DNA from: Candidatus Electronema halotolerans
GTDB taxonomy: Bacteria > Desulfobacterota > Desulfobulbia > Desulfobulbales > Desulfobulbaceae
DNA length: 32,000 nucleotides
Assembly (NCBI GenBank): GCA_942493095.1
Contig: OW818675.1
Span: 3,060,001-3,092,000, forward strand
Direction of reading: 5' to 3'
The notes under the pieces were generated by a model, which was not told where the DNA came from, searched no databases, and saw nothing but the letters and a program-made list of their open reading frames with translations. Shown here in pieces: positions 9,501 through 18,399 of the stretch. The stretch's first letter is position 1; the number at the start of each line of letters is the position of its first letter. The translations under genes and the position numbers were made by a program.

Positions 9501-10796
9501 CGAACCAGTGCCTGCGCTACACGCTTCGTTCATGGCATAGTCGCTCGGCACGCCATTGGTGATATAGGTGTATTTCGCGTCCTGGCCGCCGATTTCAAAG
9601 ATGGTGTCAACCTCCGGGTCAAAATGCACCGCAGCCGTGGCATGGGCGACAATCTCGTTGATTACGCCGTCGGTCAGAGCATGAAGCCCGGCAATCTGAC
9701 GGCCAGAGCCGGTCACGCCCAAGCCTTCAATCACAATCGGCACTTTGACTTGGTCTGCCAAACTCTGATACACATTCTTGGATGCGCCAATCGGGTCGCC
9801 GTTAGTGCGCAGGTACTCAGCCGCAATGATGGCCTTGTCGCGCCGCCGCAGCAGCACGCCTTTGGTGGTGGTTGAGCCGACATCAAGGCCGAGAATAGCC
9901 CTGTCGCCTGCCTCGGCAGTGCCGCGCTCCTGATGCTTGAAATCAACCAGCGTTTTCTGCTCGGCCAAAGGCGGCAGGGTTGCCAGGCCAGCGTGATGCT
10001 CGGCAAACATGGCATCTAACGAGACAAAGGGTTTGCAGTCATTGTCCAAGGCCCAGAGAGCCGCGCCAAGTGCCTCAAAAACGGCTGCCTGTTCCGAAAT
10101 CTGCATATTGGGCAGCTCCTCGCGCAGATAATGCACCATAGCCTTATTGCTCGCACAGCCGCCGACCAGCATGACCGCATCTTTGGGCAGCTTCTTGAGC
10201 AGCTCCAGCACCTTGCCTGCCATCATCTTGGACAGGCCCGCCACCACTTGGGCCTTGGCCACGCCCTTGTTCAGAGCATGAGTGCAGTCACTCTTGCAGA
10301 AGACCGAGCAGCGGCCAGAAACCTTGTAGGGTTTGTCCGGCAGCTCCATCTTGCTGACTTCGTCCAAGGTGATCGACATCCGGCCAAGTTGCTGGAGAAA
10401 GAACTCGCCCGTTCCTGAAGCGCATTTGTTGCCGGTGTGGATTTCAGCAACCTTGCCATCTTCGTCTAAATGATAGACCATCGTGGTCTCGCCGCCCGCG
10501 CTGATGATCACTTGGCAGGGCTGGTCTTTATCGAGAACAAAAGCGGCGGCCCGCTCCACCGCCTCTGGCTCGGCAATGCTGGACAAGGTCAGCATATCTC
10601 TGAACTTGCGCCCGGTGGCCGCAATCTTGAAGGCGTGCAGGTTGTCAATCTGGCCGAGCAGCTCGCGCAGAGTGCGGCGCGGGTTGCCATCATGGGCGCG
10701 GGAACGGGAAAAAAGGATTGTGGTGCCGGAGCCGTTCTGCTCCAATCCTGCTATGGAAATGCTGGAGGCGCCAGCGCAGATGCCGAGAGATTTCAT
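6504..10796 (-). CDS. Acyl-CoA dehydratase activase (BadF/BadG/BcrA/BcrD ATPase family, tandem ASKHA domains) with DUF2229 region
   Basis: 1430 aa; two ASKHA modules (GNKCASGTGEFFLQQLGRM; LGLDVGSTTTKGVLL, IGGQDAKY, NEACSAGTGSFLEE) followed by a C-rich DUF2229-like region. Confidence 0.92.
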   Translation of the reverse strand: MKSLGICAGASSISIAGLEQNGSGTTILFSRSRAHDGNPRRTLRELLGQIDNLHAFKIAATGRKFRDMLTLSSIAEPEAVERAAAFVLDKDQPCQVIISAGGETTMVYHLDEDGKVAEIHTGNKCASGTGEFFLQQLGRMSITLDEVSKMELPDKPYKVSGRCSVFCKSDCTHALNKGVAKAQVVAGLSKMMAGKVLELLKKLPKDAVMLVGGCASNKAMVHYLREELPNMQISEQAAVFEALGAALWALDNDCKPFVSLDAMFAEHHAGLATLPPLAEQKTLVDFKHQERGTAEAGDRAILGLDVGSTTTKGVLLRRRDKAIIAAEYLRTNGDPIGASKNVYQSLADQVKVPIVIEGLGVTGSGRQIAGLHALTDGVINEIVAHATAAVHFDPEVDTIFEIGGQDAKYTYITNGVPSDYAMNEACSAGTGSFLEESAKESLGIKVTDIGDTAFRATAPPNFSDQCAAFIGSDIKRSVQENVPLEDIVAGLVYSIGMNYNNRVKGNRPVGKKVFVQGGVCYNQAVPAALAGLTGKQVVVPSEAGLMGAFGVALEVERRMEQGLLKSEQYDLQELISREVEYQKPFRCGGGKDCDRGCEIARIKIKDKVYPFGGICNRYDNLIHNRKVEAGDYDLVIRRERRVFRDLAPASPEDRRPTVGMNRSFLLNTLFPFFNAFFAALGFRLTLPSAQDPRGMDQQGAAFCYPVEIAHNYVAALLAEKPDFIFLPQLKGVDSGEKDMTSCTCVLVQSEPYYLRTAFPALEHNKKVLSQVLDFSKGYAADHAAFRDVAGQLGAEADKADAALKAAIAAQDEFTKDIREMGRQALADLESDPERFGVVLFGRPYNSFASAANKGIPAKFASRGISIIPFDMLPYWQEQLASDDNMYWAMGQIILKGARFAEKHPQLYGAYITNFSCGPDSFLVSFFREIMGRKPSLTLELDSHTADAGLETRIEAFLDIIRYYREIQKKSQPLRIRKAFRAAEVEEQSGIAGVRTSDGAWLPLTSSRVRMLVPAMSRYCTPLLTEAFARIGIKAEILRPADEEVLKLGRGHASCKECLPLQTTLGSLLNRVKFRRPDEVLIYYMASAEGPCRLGQYHVYTKRVLEQQQIPDVAMFTPSSMNGYCDLSDEFLRAAWRAIVIGDIFDEMWSTVLAGAENRQEGLKIFHEEYEKIRAVISRRWPVIAGQLSRSAARLSQIKLKKPYSELPKLSLVGEMYVRHDPISLQNLIERMADRGFVVRTAMISEYIKFIDWLIKHDIEGERSKGFVIRGYVKKYFDHAIRRRLARSGLYFYDGDAPIEPVIEAGGKFVSPHFTVETIVTVGAALHEILHPSCGVISIGPFGCMPSRVAEAVLNEKFTTTEKKAALDNGDARQWQPILAKERKLPFIAIETDGNPFPQLIEARLETFCLQAQRLNEQMLACKAAAAGSLS

Positions 10797-11085
10797 GAAG
10801 TCTCCTGAAAGAGTGGTGTTCCGGCAGAGACAAGAAAAGGCAGACTTTGGGAGCGCCCTTGCTCAGGCCGGGGGCAGAAAATCATATCTGGAAAAGATAA
10901 CTTTCTGTAGGACTGATCACAACAGCAATTTTACGATGGCTGGCAAAAGTGACAGCAGCCCGGTGCCGTCTGCGCAGTCCGCGCTGGACAATCCGCAGCC
11001 AGCGGTTTACAATAGCTTCTTTTCAGGCAGCATTGAGCGCGCGGCATGATTTCTGAACAGTTTTGCAGCAGGACAAGGCGGAGAG

Positions 11086-12741
11086 ATGGAAAGCTACTGC
11101 ATCGGCATTGACACAGGCGGCACCTGCACAGACGGGGTGCTGATCAGCAATTCCACGCTCAAGGCGGCGCATTGGGTCAAAGAGACGACCACGCACCACG
11201 ACTTGGGCATTGGCGTGGGCCGGGTTCTGGCGCGGCTTTTGGCTGAGTCCGGGATTGAGCCGGAAGCGGTCAACCGGCTTTCGGTCTCGACCACGCTGGC
11301 CACCAACGCGGTGGTTGAGGGACGCGGGGCACGAGTCGGTCTGCTTGTTTTTGGCCATGTCCGCCATTTCAAGCTGCCCGTGACAGCCAGTGTTTTTATG
11401 AAGGGCGGCCACAAGATCACTGGCGAGGAAGAGGAGCCGCTTGACTTGGAAGGGCTGGTCGATTCAGTGCGGGCCATTCGGGGCGAGGTTGACAGCTACG
11501 CCGTATGCAGCGCCATGTCGATCAAAAACCCGGCCCATGAGCTGGTGGCTGAGGAAGCCATTGCTGTCCTTGATCCCAAGCCGGTCTTCTGCTCGCATCA
11601 GGTCAGCGGCAGTCCGGGCATGCACGCCAGAGCCGCCACTGCCTGCCTTCATGCCCGCCTGATGCCGCTCATGGTCGGCTTTCTCTCCTCTGTGCAGATT
11701 TCCATGCTCAAGGCTGGCTTGAACTGCCCGGTGACCATCATCTGCGGCAACGGTCGGGGCGCGGGCTTGGATGAGGCCGTGCAGCGGGCCGCAATCACCG
11801 TGGCCAGCGGCCCGGCAGCCACAGCCCGTTTCGGCTGCACTGCCGGAGAGCAGATCGCCTTGGTCGTGGATGTCGGCGGCACAACCACAGATGTCTGCAT
11901 GATCCGCAACGGCATGCCGGTTCTGAGCCGGGAAGGCTGCCAGATCGGCCAGTGGCGCACCCATATTGAAGCGATTGACATGTACACCGCTGGCGGCGGC
12001 GGCGACTCGCACGTCATCTGCTCGCTGGAGCATGGTCAGGCCAAAATTCGCTTGGCCCCGGTGCGGGTTCAGCCTTTGGCCACGACCGCTGATCTGCCTG
12101 ATCCAGAGGACTGGCTCGGCTGCGGCCTGCGCAACGCCTTGGTCATGCCGACTGAGGGACTGAATGAGGAGAGCGCGGCCCATGATGAGATACTCCGCAG
12201 CCTGCTCGAATACGGCGCGGCCAACCCGGAGACCTTGGCTGTGCAGATCGGCATGTCCGGGGTCTTGCTGGAAAAATGGCTGGAGCGGCTGACCTACTGC
12301 CAGCAGATTCAGATGATCGGCTTCACCCCGACCGATGCCCTGCATGTCCTTGGCAGGCTGGACATTGGCAGCCGGGAGCAGGCCGGGCGCGGGGCGGCGG
12401 TTCTGGCCAAGGCCATGAACATGGACGTGGAAAGCCTCTGCCTGCGGGTGGTGGCTGAAGCCGAGCAGACTATTGAGACCATCATTCTTGACTATCTGGC
12501 CCGCAAGGTCTGGCCCGCCAGCGAGGCGGCCCCTTTTCTGACCAGCAAGGACAATCCGCTCTTTTCCCTCAGCGTGGCCGTGAAGATTCCGATCATCGGC
12601 ATTGGCGCAGCTTCGCGCTGCTTCCTGCCTGCGGTGGCCGAGCGGCTGCGCACGGCGGTCAGCTTCCCGGAGCATTATGAGGTGGGCAATGCCGTGGGCG
12701 CGGCCCTGATCGGCAGAGAAGAATTTTTGGGCTTGCAGTGA
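11086..12741 (+). CDS. Hydantoinase/oxoprolinase family protein
   Basis: 551 aa; GIDTGGTCTDGVLI, ATTLATNAVVEGRGARVGLLVFGH, VVDVGGTTTDVCMI, TAGGGGDSHV motifs. Confidence 0.9.
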   Translation: MESYCIGIDTGGTCTDGVLISNSTLKAAHWVKETTTHHDLGIGVGRVLARLLAESGIEPEAVNRLSVSTTLATNAVVEGRGARVGLLVFGHVRHFKLPVTASVFMKGGHKITGEEEEPLDLEGLVDSVRAIRGEVDSYAVCSAMSIKNPAHELVAEEAIAVLDPKPVFCSHQVSGSPGMHARAATACLHARLMPLMVGFLSSVQISMLKAGLNCPVTIICGNGRGAGLDEAVQRAAITVASGPAATARFGCTAGEQIALVVDVGGTTTDVCMIRNGMPVLSREGCQIGQWRTHIEAIDMYTAGGGGDSHVICSLEHGQAKIRLAPVRVQPLATTADLPDPEDWLGCGLRNALVMPTEGLNEESAAHDEILRSLLEYGAANPETLAVQIGMSGVLLEKWLERLTYCQQIQMIGFTPTDALHVLGRLDIGSREQAGRGAAVLAKAMNMDVESLCLRVVAEAEQTIETIILDYLARKVWPASEAAPFLTSKDNPLFSLSVAVKIPIIGIGAASRCFLPAVAERLRTAVSFPEHYEVGNAVGAALIGREEFLGLQ

Positions 12742-12811
12742 ACCTGGATGCAGCTGGGAAAGTACCCGTCTGCGCCGGCAGAGAAAAATACAACAAAAGG
12801 AGAACGGGCGA

Positions 12812-14332
12812 ATGAAGAAAAAGATTCTGGTGTCAGCAGCAGTGCTGGCTTTGCTGGCAGCACCTGTGATATCGGTGCAGGCGGCAGGGGTTCTGAGAAG
12901 CATAGGCGAGCATCCGGTGTCCTCGCCGCTGGCGACAGTGGAGGCGCTGAAGGACATGATGCGGCAGCGGAGCAGCGACATTCAGGCAGGCATGAGGGCG
13001 GCAGGCCATGCTGATCTCTTTCCCTTGGTCCGGGATCATATTGCCCGCTATCCGCAGACCCAGATCAATGTTGTTGAGTATCAGCCCGGCCAGCACATTG
13101 AATGGATGCTCTTCCGCAGCAACGGGCGGGGCAGGGTCAAGGTGGCCCAGAATATCACTTGGGGCGGCAATGCTCCGCTGACGGTCTTTGAATTTTTTAT
13201 TGACAGGAACGGCCAGCGCTACACCTTTGCCGTGCCCTTGGCCTGCGGCAATCTGTCCCTGAAAGAGACTGGGCCGCAGCCCTGTGAGCCGGTGATCAAG
13301 GAAGTGGTGCGGGAAGTCAAGGTGCCTGGTCCGACCGTCTATGTGCCCAAAGAAGTGGTCAAAGAAGTGAAAGTTCCTGTACCAGGACCAACCGTTTACG
13401 TGCCCAAGGAAGTCGTCAAATATGTTGATCGACCTGTGGTCAAAGAGGTCAAGGTGCCTGTGCCCGGCCCGACCCAGTACATTGAAAAGCCGGTGATTAA
13501 ATACGTTGACCGGCCTGTCAATGTCCCTGGCCCGACCGTCTATGTGCCAAAAGAGGTGGTCAAGTATGTTGACCGGCCTGTGGTCAAAGAGGTTGTGAAA
13601 GAAGTGCAGGTGCCCGGCCCGACCCAGTACATTGAAAAGCCGGTGGTCAAATACGTTGACCGACCTGTGGTCAAAGAGGTTGTGAAGGAAGTGCAGGTGC
13701 CCGGCCCGACCCAGTACATCGAAAAGCCGGTGATCAAGTACAAGTATGTTGACAAGCCGGTGATTCAGGAAGTTGAGGTGCAGGGGCCGACCAGAACCGT
13801 CTATGTTGACCGGCCTGTGGTCCAGAAGGAAGTGGTGCGGGTCAAGGAGCCGCAGCCTGCCGCCTCCTGCTGCTCAGATTTCCATTTCATCGCCGATGCC
13901 AGCTATCTGAATCAGAAGGAAGATGCCGACTACGGCATGGGCCGATTGGGCGTGGCCTATGACCTCAACCAACAGTACTCTTTCATGGCCTTGCTTGGCG
14001 GGGCAGGCAAGGCGGACGGTGATGCCGGGGAAGATGCCCTTGTCATGGACTTTCTTCTCCAGTACAACTTTTTCCTGTGCTCACGCCGGGGAGCAGTGCA
14101 GTCGCCCTTTTTCATGGCTGCGGGCATTGGCGCATGGATGACCTCTGGTGATGACGACGTGGCCAGCGAGGACAGCGGCGCAGACCTGATTGCCGAGCTT
14201 GGGGTGCGCATCTCCGGCACACCGGGCACCGCCAACATGGCCCTCTTTGTTGAAGGCCGGTCAGCCACTGATGAATTGGACGAGCTGGAGGACTATGGCC
14301 GCTTTGGCGGCGGGCTGCGCTTCCGCTTCTGA
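12812..14332 (+). CDS. Exported protein with Pro/Val/Lys-rich repetitive stalk and C-terminal outer-membrane beta-barrel-like domain
   Basis: 506 aa; signal-peptide-like N-terminus (MKKKILVSAAVLALLAAPVISVQA), repeats of VPGPT(V/Q)Y(V/I)..K.VVKYVDRPVVKEV, C-terminus ends ...FGGGLRFRF (terminal aromatic); RBS AAAGGAG upstream. Confidence 0.8.
   Translation: MKKKILVSAAVLALLAAPVISVQAAGVLRSIGEHPVSSPLATVEALKDMMRQRSSDIQAGMRAAGHADLFPLVRDHIARYPQTQINVVEYQPGQHIEWMLFRSNGRGRVKVAQNITWGGNAPLTVFEFFIDRNGQRYTFAVPLACGNLSLKETGPQPCEPVIKEVVREVKVPGPTVYVPKEVVKEVKVPVPGPTVYVPKEVVKYVDRPVVKEVKVPVPGPTQYIEKPVIKYVDRPVNVPGPTVYVPKEVVKYVDRPVVKEVVKEVQVPGPTQYIEKPVVKYVDRPVVKEVVKEVQVPGPTQYIEKPVIKYKYVDKPVIQEVEVQGPTRTVYVDRPVVQKEVVRVKEPQPAASCCSDFHFIADASYLNQKEDADYGMGRLGVAYDLNQQYSFMALLGGAGKADGDAGEDALVMDFLLQYNFFLCSRRGAVQSPFFMAAGIGAWMTSGDDDVASEDSGADLIAELGVRISGTPGTANMALFVEGRSATDELDELEDYGRFGGGLRFRF
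13310..13812 (+). repeat. In-frame degenerate coding repeats, clearest 87-bp unit (YVDRPVVKEVVKEVQVPGPTQYIEKPVVK)
   Basis: Near-identical DNA copies such as 'gacctgtggtcaaagaggttgtgaa(a/g)gaagtgcaggtgcccggcccgacccagtaca' occur twice in tandem, with related copies on either side. Confidence 0.85.
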
Positions 14333-14360
14333 ACCCAGACCTGATGCCTGAAAAATAAAC

Positions 14361-14389
14361 AACCCCGCCCCAAGCAAAGGGGCGGGGTT
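14361..14389 (-). terminator. Rho-independent terminator for the minus-strand Bax-inhibitor-1 family gene; may act bidirectionally between convergent genes
   Basis: Perfect 11-bp stem AACCCCGCCCC / GGGGCGGGGTT with 7-nt loop; on the minus strand followed by GTTTATTTTT. Confidence 0.85.
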
Positions 14390-14422
14390 CAGTCCCGCAG
14401 CGCAGCAATACAGGCTGTGGTT

Positions 14423-15145
14423 TCAGTCGCGGGCACCGCCGAAAAAGCGGAGCAGCATCAGGAAGAGGTTGATGAAATCCAAATACAGGGCCAGCGCGCC
14501 GATGATTGCCCCTTTCCGCACTGCCGCATCGCCTTGGCTCATAATGCCCTCCTCGCCCATCATCTTGATCTTCTGCACATCATAGGCAGTCAGGCCGACA
14601 AAGACGATCACGCCGATCAGGGAGATCGCCAAGTCCAAGACCGTGCTGCCAATGAACAGGTTGACAATCGAGGCGATGATGATGCCGATCAGGCCCATGA
14701 ACATGAACGATCCAAGGCTGTCCAAGTTGCGCTTGGTCACCATGCCGTAAATGGACATGGACAGGAACATGCCTGCCGTGATCAGGAAGGTGGCGGCAAT
14801 GGAGGCGCCGCTGTAGGCAAGAAAAATCACCGACAGGGTCAGGCCGTTGAGAAAGGCGTAGCCGAAAAACAGGCCAGTGGCTGTGCCCGGCTGAATTTTA
14901 TCTATGCGGGCGGACAGATACCAGACCAGACCTACTTCCGCTATAATCAGCGGCAGGAACAGGGGCTGGATGGTGAAAAACAGACCCGTGGAAGCGGTCA
15001 GCCACGCGACCAGTCCGGTCAGTCCCAGCCCAGCGGCCATCCAGTTGAAGACCTTGGCCAAAAAGACGGTTGATGCCTCCTGCCGCGCCTTGACCGCAGC
15101 AGCAGTGGCAGCATTGCTCGCATAATTTGTTTCCATGTTGTACAT
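14423..15145 (-). CDS. Bax inhibitor-1/YccA family membrane protein
   Basis: 240 aa; multiple TM segments, VFNWMAAGLGLTGLVAW, GLTAYDVQKIK, GALALYLDFINLFLMLLRFFGGARD. Confidence 0.93.
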   Translation of the reverse strand: MYNMETNYASNAATAAAVKARQEASTVFLAKVFNWMAAGLGLTGLVAWLTASTGLFFTIQPLFLPLIIAEVGLVWYLSARIDKIQPGTATGLFFGYAFLNGLTLSVIFLAYSGASIAATFLITAGMFLSMSIYGMVTKRNLDSLGSFMFMGLIGIIIASIVNLFIGSTVLDLAISLIGVIVFVGLTAYDVQKIKMMGEEGIMSQGDAAVRKGAIIGALALYLDFINLFLMLLRFFGGARD

Positions 15146-15239
15146 TCCTCCGTGTGGTTGTCAATTATCGGAACATTTGCATCTGCTCTAACAATAATCA
15201 TTCTGACGGCTCAGGGCAAGAAATTCAGGAGGAACAACG

Positions 15240-16004
15240 GTGAAAATCGCAGTCAGCGGCAAGGGCGGGGTCGGCAAAACCACGATCATGGCTCTGCTGG
15301 CCGGAGCCTTGCGCAAGCAGGGCCGTGAGGTCTTGGTGATTGATGCTGATCCCAGTCCGCACATGGCGCAAACACTGGGCATCGGCGATCCGGGCACGAT
15401 CAAGCCCATTGCTGAAATGGGCAGGCTGCTGGCCGAACGGGCCGGAAAGACTGAAGGCTCGCCTTTTTACAATCTCAACCCGGAAGTGAATGACCTGCTG
15501 CGGGATTTCATGCTGGAGCAGGACGGCATCCGGCTGATGGTCCTTGGCGCGGTGCAGACCGCCGAGAGCGGCTGCGCCTGCCCGGAAAACCATGTCCTCC
15601 GCAAGATGCTCAAGAAAATGCTGCTCACAGCCAAGGAAGCAGTGCTGGTTGACATGGAGGCCGGGGTCGAGCATCTGGGCCGGGGCACAGTGGCCGGAGC
15701 CGACTGCCTGCTGATCGTGGTCATTCCTTCCAAATCCGGGGTGCGCACGGCCCTGAAAATCAAGCAGATGGCTGATCAGGTGCGGATTCCGCAGGTCTTT
15801 TTTGTCGGCAATTTGGTGCAATCTGAGGAAGACCGGGCCTTTCTTCGCGCAGAGCTGGGCGAGGAGCCAGCCGCCTTTTTCCCGGATGCGACAGCAGTGC
15901 GCCGGACGGAGCGGGCCGGGCAGCCAGTGCTGGCTGTGCAGGAGGGACTGGAGGATGCGCCGCAGCTTCTCTTGAAAAAAATTCTGGCCGCGCTGGAGTC
16001 TTGA
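15240..16004 (+). CDS. cooC: CooC-like carbon-monoxide-dehydrogenase maturation ATPase (MinD/ParA-type P-loop)
   Basis: 254 aa; MKIAVSGKGGVGKTTIMALLAGAL, VLVIDADPSPHMAQTLG, VLVDMEAGVEHLGRGT. Confidence 0.82.
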   Translation: MKIAVSGKGGVGKTTIMALLAGALRKQGREVLVIDADPSPHMAQTLGIGDPGTIKPIAEMGRLLAERAGKTEGSPFYNLNPEVNDLLRDFMLEQDGIRLMVLGAVQTAESGCACPENHVLRKMLKKMLLTAKEAVLVDMEAGVEHLGRGTVAGADCLLIVVIPSKSGVRTALKIKQMADQVRIPQVFFVGNLVQSEEDRAFLRAELGEEPAAFFPDATAVRRTERAGQPVLAVQEGLEDAPQLLLKKILAALES

Positions 16005-16089
16005 GCAGCAGCAGGTTGACGGCCATGCCGCTTATGCGCTATCATTTTGGTAAACGACTGCGTTTCAGCCCTTTTCCCCTGATGCTGCC

Positions 16090-17547
16090 ATGACCCGTTC
16101 CCGTCTTTTCAAAATTGCCGTCATTTCCTGCTGGCTCCTCCTGCTTCTGCTGCTGGCAAAGCGGGATTTTTTCATCTCCGCTTTGGACAGCAGCGAGCAG
16201 GCGACCCTGCTTACGGCCAAATATCAGCAGTATTACGGCGTTAAATTGTATGACAAGCGGATTGGCTGGGTGATGGAGGATTTCCGCCCGATTGAGAACG
16301 GCGGCTTCCGCGTCCGGCAGCAGGCTTCGCTCCGCCTCAAGGTGCTGAACAGCGTCCAGCCAGTGCAGATGGACTTGCACGCGGACTTGGACAAGGGCAT
16401 GCGACTGCAAACCTTCAATTTCACCTTTTCCTCGCCGTTTTACAGCACCAAGGCCGAAGGCTGGACCGAGGGCGGGACTGTCCATTTCACTTTGGACACA
16501 GGCCGGGCCGTGATCAAAGATTCTGTCACCCTGTCGGACGCGCCGCTCCTGCCGCTCAATCAGCGGGGCTATCTGCTCAAAAAGATGAGTAAAACCGGCG
16601 AAAAGCTCAAGGCTCCTTTTTTTGATCCCTTCTCCTTGAGCCAGCGCGAGTCGGTCATCACCTACAATGGGCCGGACAAGGAGCTGATCGGCGGACGGGT
16701 GCATAATCTGCACGAGTTCACAGAGGCCCATTCCGGCATGAAAACAACCTTCTGGCTTGATGATGAAGGGAAAATCATCAAGGAGGAGTCGCCCGCAGGC
16801 TTTGTTTTTGAGGCGGAGCCGCAATTCAAGGCTATGGACATTCAGGACAGCGGCGATGAGCTGCTGGCAGCCGTGGCAGTCAAGTATTCAGGCAAGCTGC
16901 CGCCAAAAGACAGCCCTGCGGCGCACTATCAGCTTGATTTTCCGGCAGAGGCGGAAGTGGAGCTGAACGGCGGACGGCAGCAGTTTGCCGACGGCAGGCT
17001 GACGCTGCGCCAGGAGAGCTTCCCGCCCCAGGCAGAAGGCACGGAACAGTGCGCTGCGCCGGAATATCTGCAACGCAGCCGTTATGTGCAGGTTGATGAT
17101 GTCAAGATTATTAACAAGGCCAAGGAGATTGTCGGCGATGAGACGGATCCGGTCAAGCAGGTCAAACTGCTGACAGACTGGGTGTACAACTATCTGGAAA
17201 AGCGGCCTGTGATCGGCCTGCCTGATGCTTTGACCACGTTGGAGAGCGGCCTTGGCGACTGCAACGAGCACGCGGCCTTGTTCGCCGCCCTGAGCCGCAG
17301 CCTCGGCATTCCCACCGGGATTGCCGCCGGAGTCACTCTGCAACGGGATGCCTTTTATTATCATGCGTGGAATGAGGTCTGCATCCAAGGGCAATGGATA
17401 AGTTTGGACACCACCATCAATCAGCTGCCAGCAGACATTTATCATATCCGCTTCACCCGCGCTGATGTGGAAGGACAGGTTGCCATTGGCGCGCTGCTCG
17501 GCAAGCTGAAGATTGAGGCCCTGCCATCGTCACCAGAGCAGCAATAG
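16090..17547 (+). CDS. Transglutaminase-like domain protein with N-terminal TM/signal anchor
   Basis: 485 aa; catalytic-type motifs GLGDCNEHAALFAALSRSLGIPT and YYHAWNEVCIQGQWISLDTT. Confidence 0.88.
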   Translation: MTRSRLFKIAVISCWLLLLLLLAKRDFFISALDSSEQATLLTAKYQQYYGVKLYDKRIGWVMEDFRPIENGGFRVRQQASLRLKVLNSVQPVQMDLHADLDKGMRLQTFNFTFSSPFYSTKAEGWTEGGTVHFTLDTGRAVIKDSVTLSDAPLLPLNQRGYLLKKMSKTGEKLKAPFFDPFSLSQRESVITYNGPDKELIGGRVHNLHEFTEAHSGMKTTFWLDDEGKIIKEESPAGFVFEAEPQFKAMDIQDSGDELLAAVAVKYSGKLPPKDSPAAHYQLDFPAEAEVELNGGRQQFADGRLTLRQESFPPQAEGTEQCAAPEYLQRSRYVQVDDVKIINKAKEIVGDETDPVKQVKLLTDWVYNYLEKRPVIGLPDALTTLESGLGDCNEHAALFAALSRSLGIPTGIAAGVTLQRDAFYYHAWNEVCIQGQWISLDTTINQLPADIYHIRFTRADVEGQVAIGALLGKLKIEALPSSPEQQ

Positions 17548-17691
17548 GTTGTGCCCGCGCCGCTCAAGCCGTTGCAGGAGTGGGAGGGGAGCCGGATGCC
17601 GTGTCGCCCCTTGAGCCTGACAGCTCGTGACGTAGATAATGCACCGGCGCCTCTATTTTTTCCTGCTGGAACTTGAACAGCATCTACAGAT

Positions 17692-18075
17692 TCACCAGAT
17701 GGTGCGCAGGGTCGGGCAGGAGCGCAGCTTTTCGTCCTTGGTCACCAGCGGCAGGCCCATGACCAGCGCAGTGGCGGCAATGATGCGGTCTGCTGGATCG
17801 GCGGGCAGGGCGACAGAGCGCAGGGCAATGGTGTTGTCGATGGGCGCGAAACGGACAAAGGGCAGGCTTTCCGTCTTCCGCACCCAGTCCTGCACTGCTA
17901 TGGACAGGGACAGCCTGCCTTTCTCAACCAGCAGGGCCAGCTCCCACGCGGAGATGGAGGAAATGACAATGCCGTTCTCCTGCATGGCCTCACTGATGGC
18001 CTGCGCCGCATCAGGTGCCAGCTTCTCCGGGCTGCTGATCCACCAAAGCCAGACATGGGTGTCGAGGACAATCAT
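17692..18075 (-). CDS. PIN-domain toxin (VapC-like)
   Basis: 127 aa; MIVLDTHVWLWWI, SSISAWELALLVEKGRL, LPADPADRIIAATALVMGLPLVTKDEKL. Confidence 0.92.
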   Translation of the reverse strand: MIVLDTHVWLWWISSPEKLAPDAAQAISEAMQENGIVISSISAWELALLVEKGRLSLSIAVQDWVRKTESLPFVRFAPIDNTIALRSVALPADPADRIIAATALVMGLPLVTKDEKLRSCPTLRTIW

Positions 18076-18305
18076 TGCAATGCGTCCCAGTCTGCAATGC
18101 CCACTGGCTCAAGCGGGTCGTCATAGCGCAGGACAGAGCCGCGCAGCTCCTCCAGCACCGCCTGCGGCTGCTCCTCAAAGGGAGTGATTTGCAGCACAGG
18201 CCGTCCATGATCGGTGATGATCAGAGGTTTTCGCTGCTGCTCCACTTGGCGGAAGTATTCAAGGGCTTTTGCCTTGAAACGGGATTTCGAGACAGTCTCC
18301 AGCAT
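18072..18305 (-). CDS. Phd/YefM-type antitoxin paired with the PIN toxin
   Basis: 77 aa; LEYFRQVEQQRKPLIITDHGRPVLQITPF; 4-bp overlap with the toxin ORF. Confidence 0.87.
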   Translation of the reverse strand: MLETVSKSRFKAKALEYFRQVEQQRKPLIITDHGRPVLQITPFEEQPQAVLEELRGSVLRYDDPLEPVGIADWDALQ

Positions 18306-18399
18306 GGCATTCTCCTGTCAGGGGGAAATAATATTACTATGGTCATAGTAGCATGGTCATATATGCCCTGTCAAGACAGGATTCAGTCAACAGGGCCGC

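Noticed and set aside
11464-12981. 505-aa minus-strand ORF
   Set aside because: Antisense to the hydantoinase-family gene, which carries conserved motifs; no family features were seen in the minus-strand translation.
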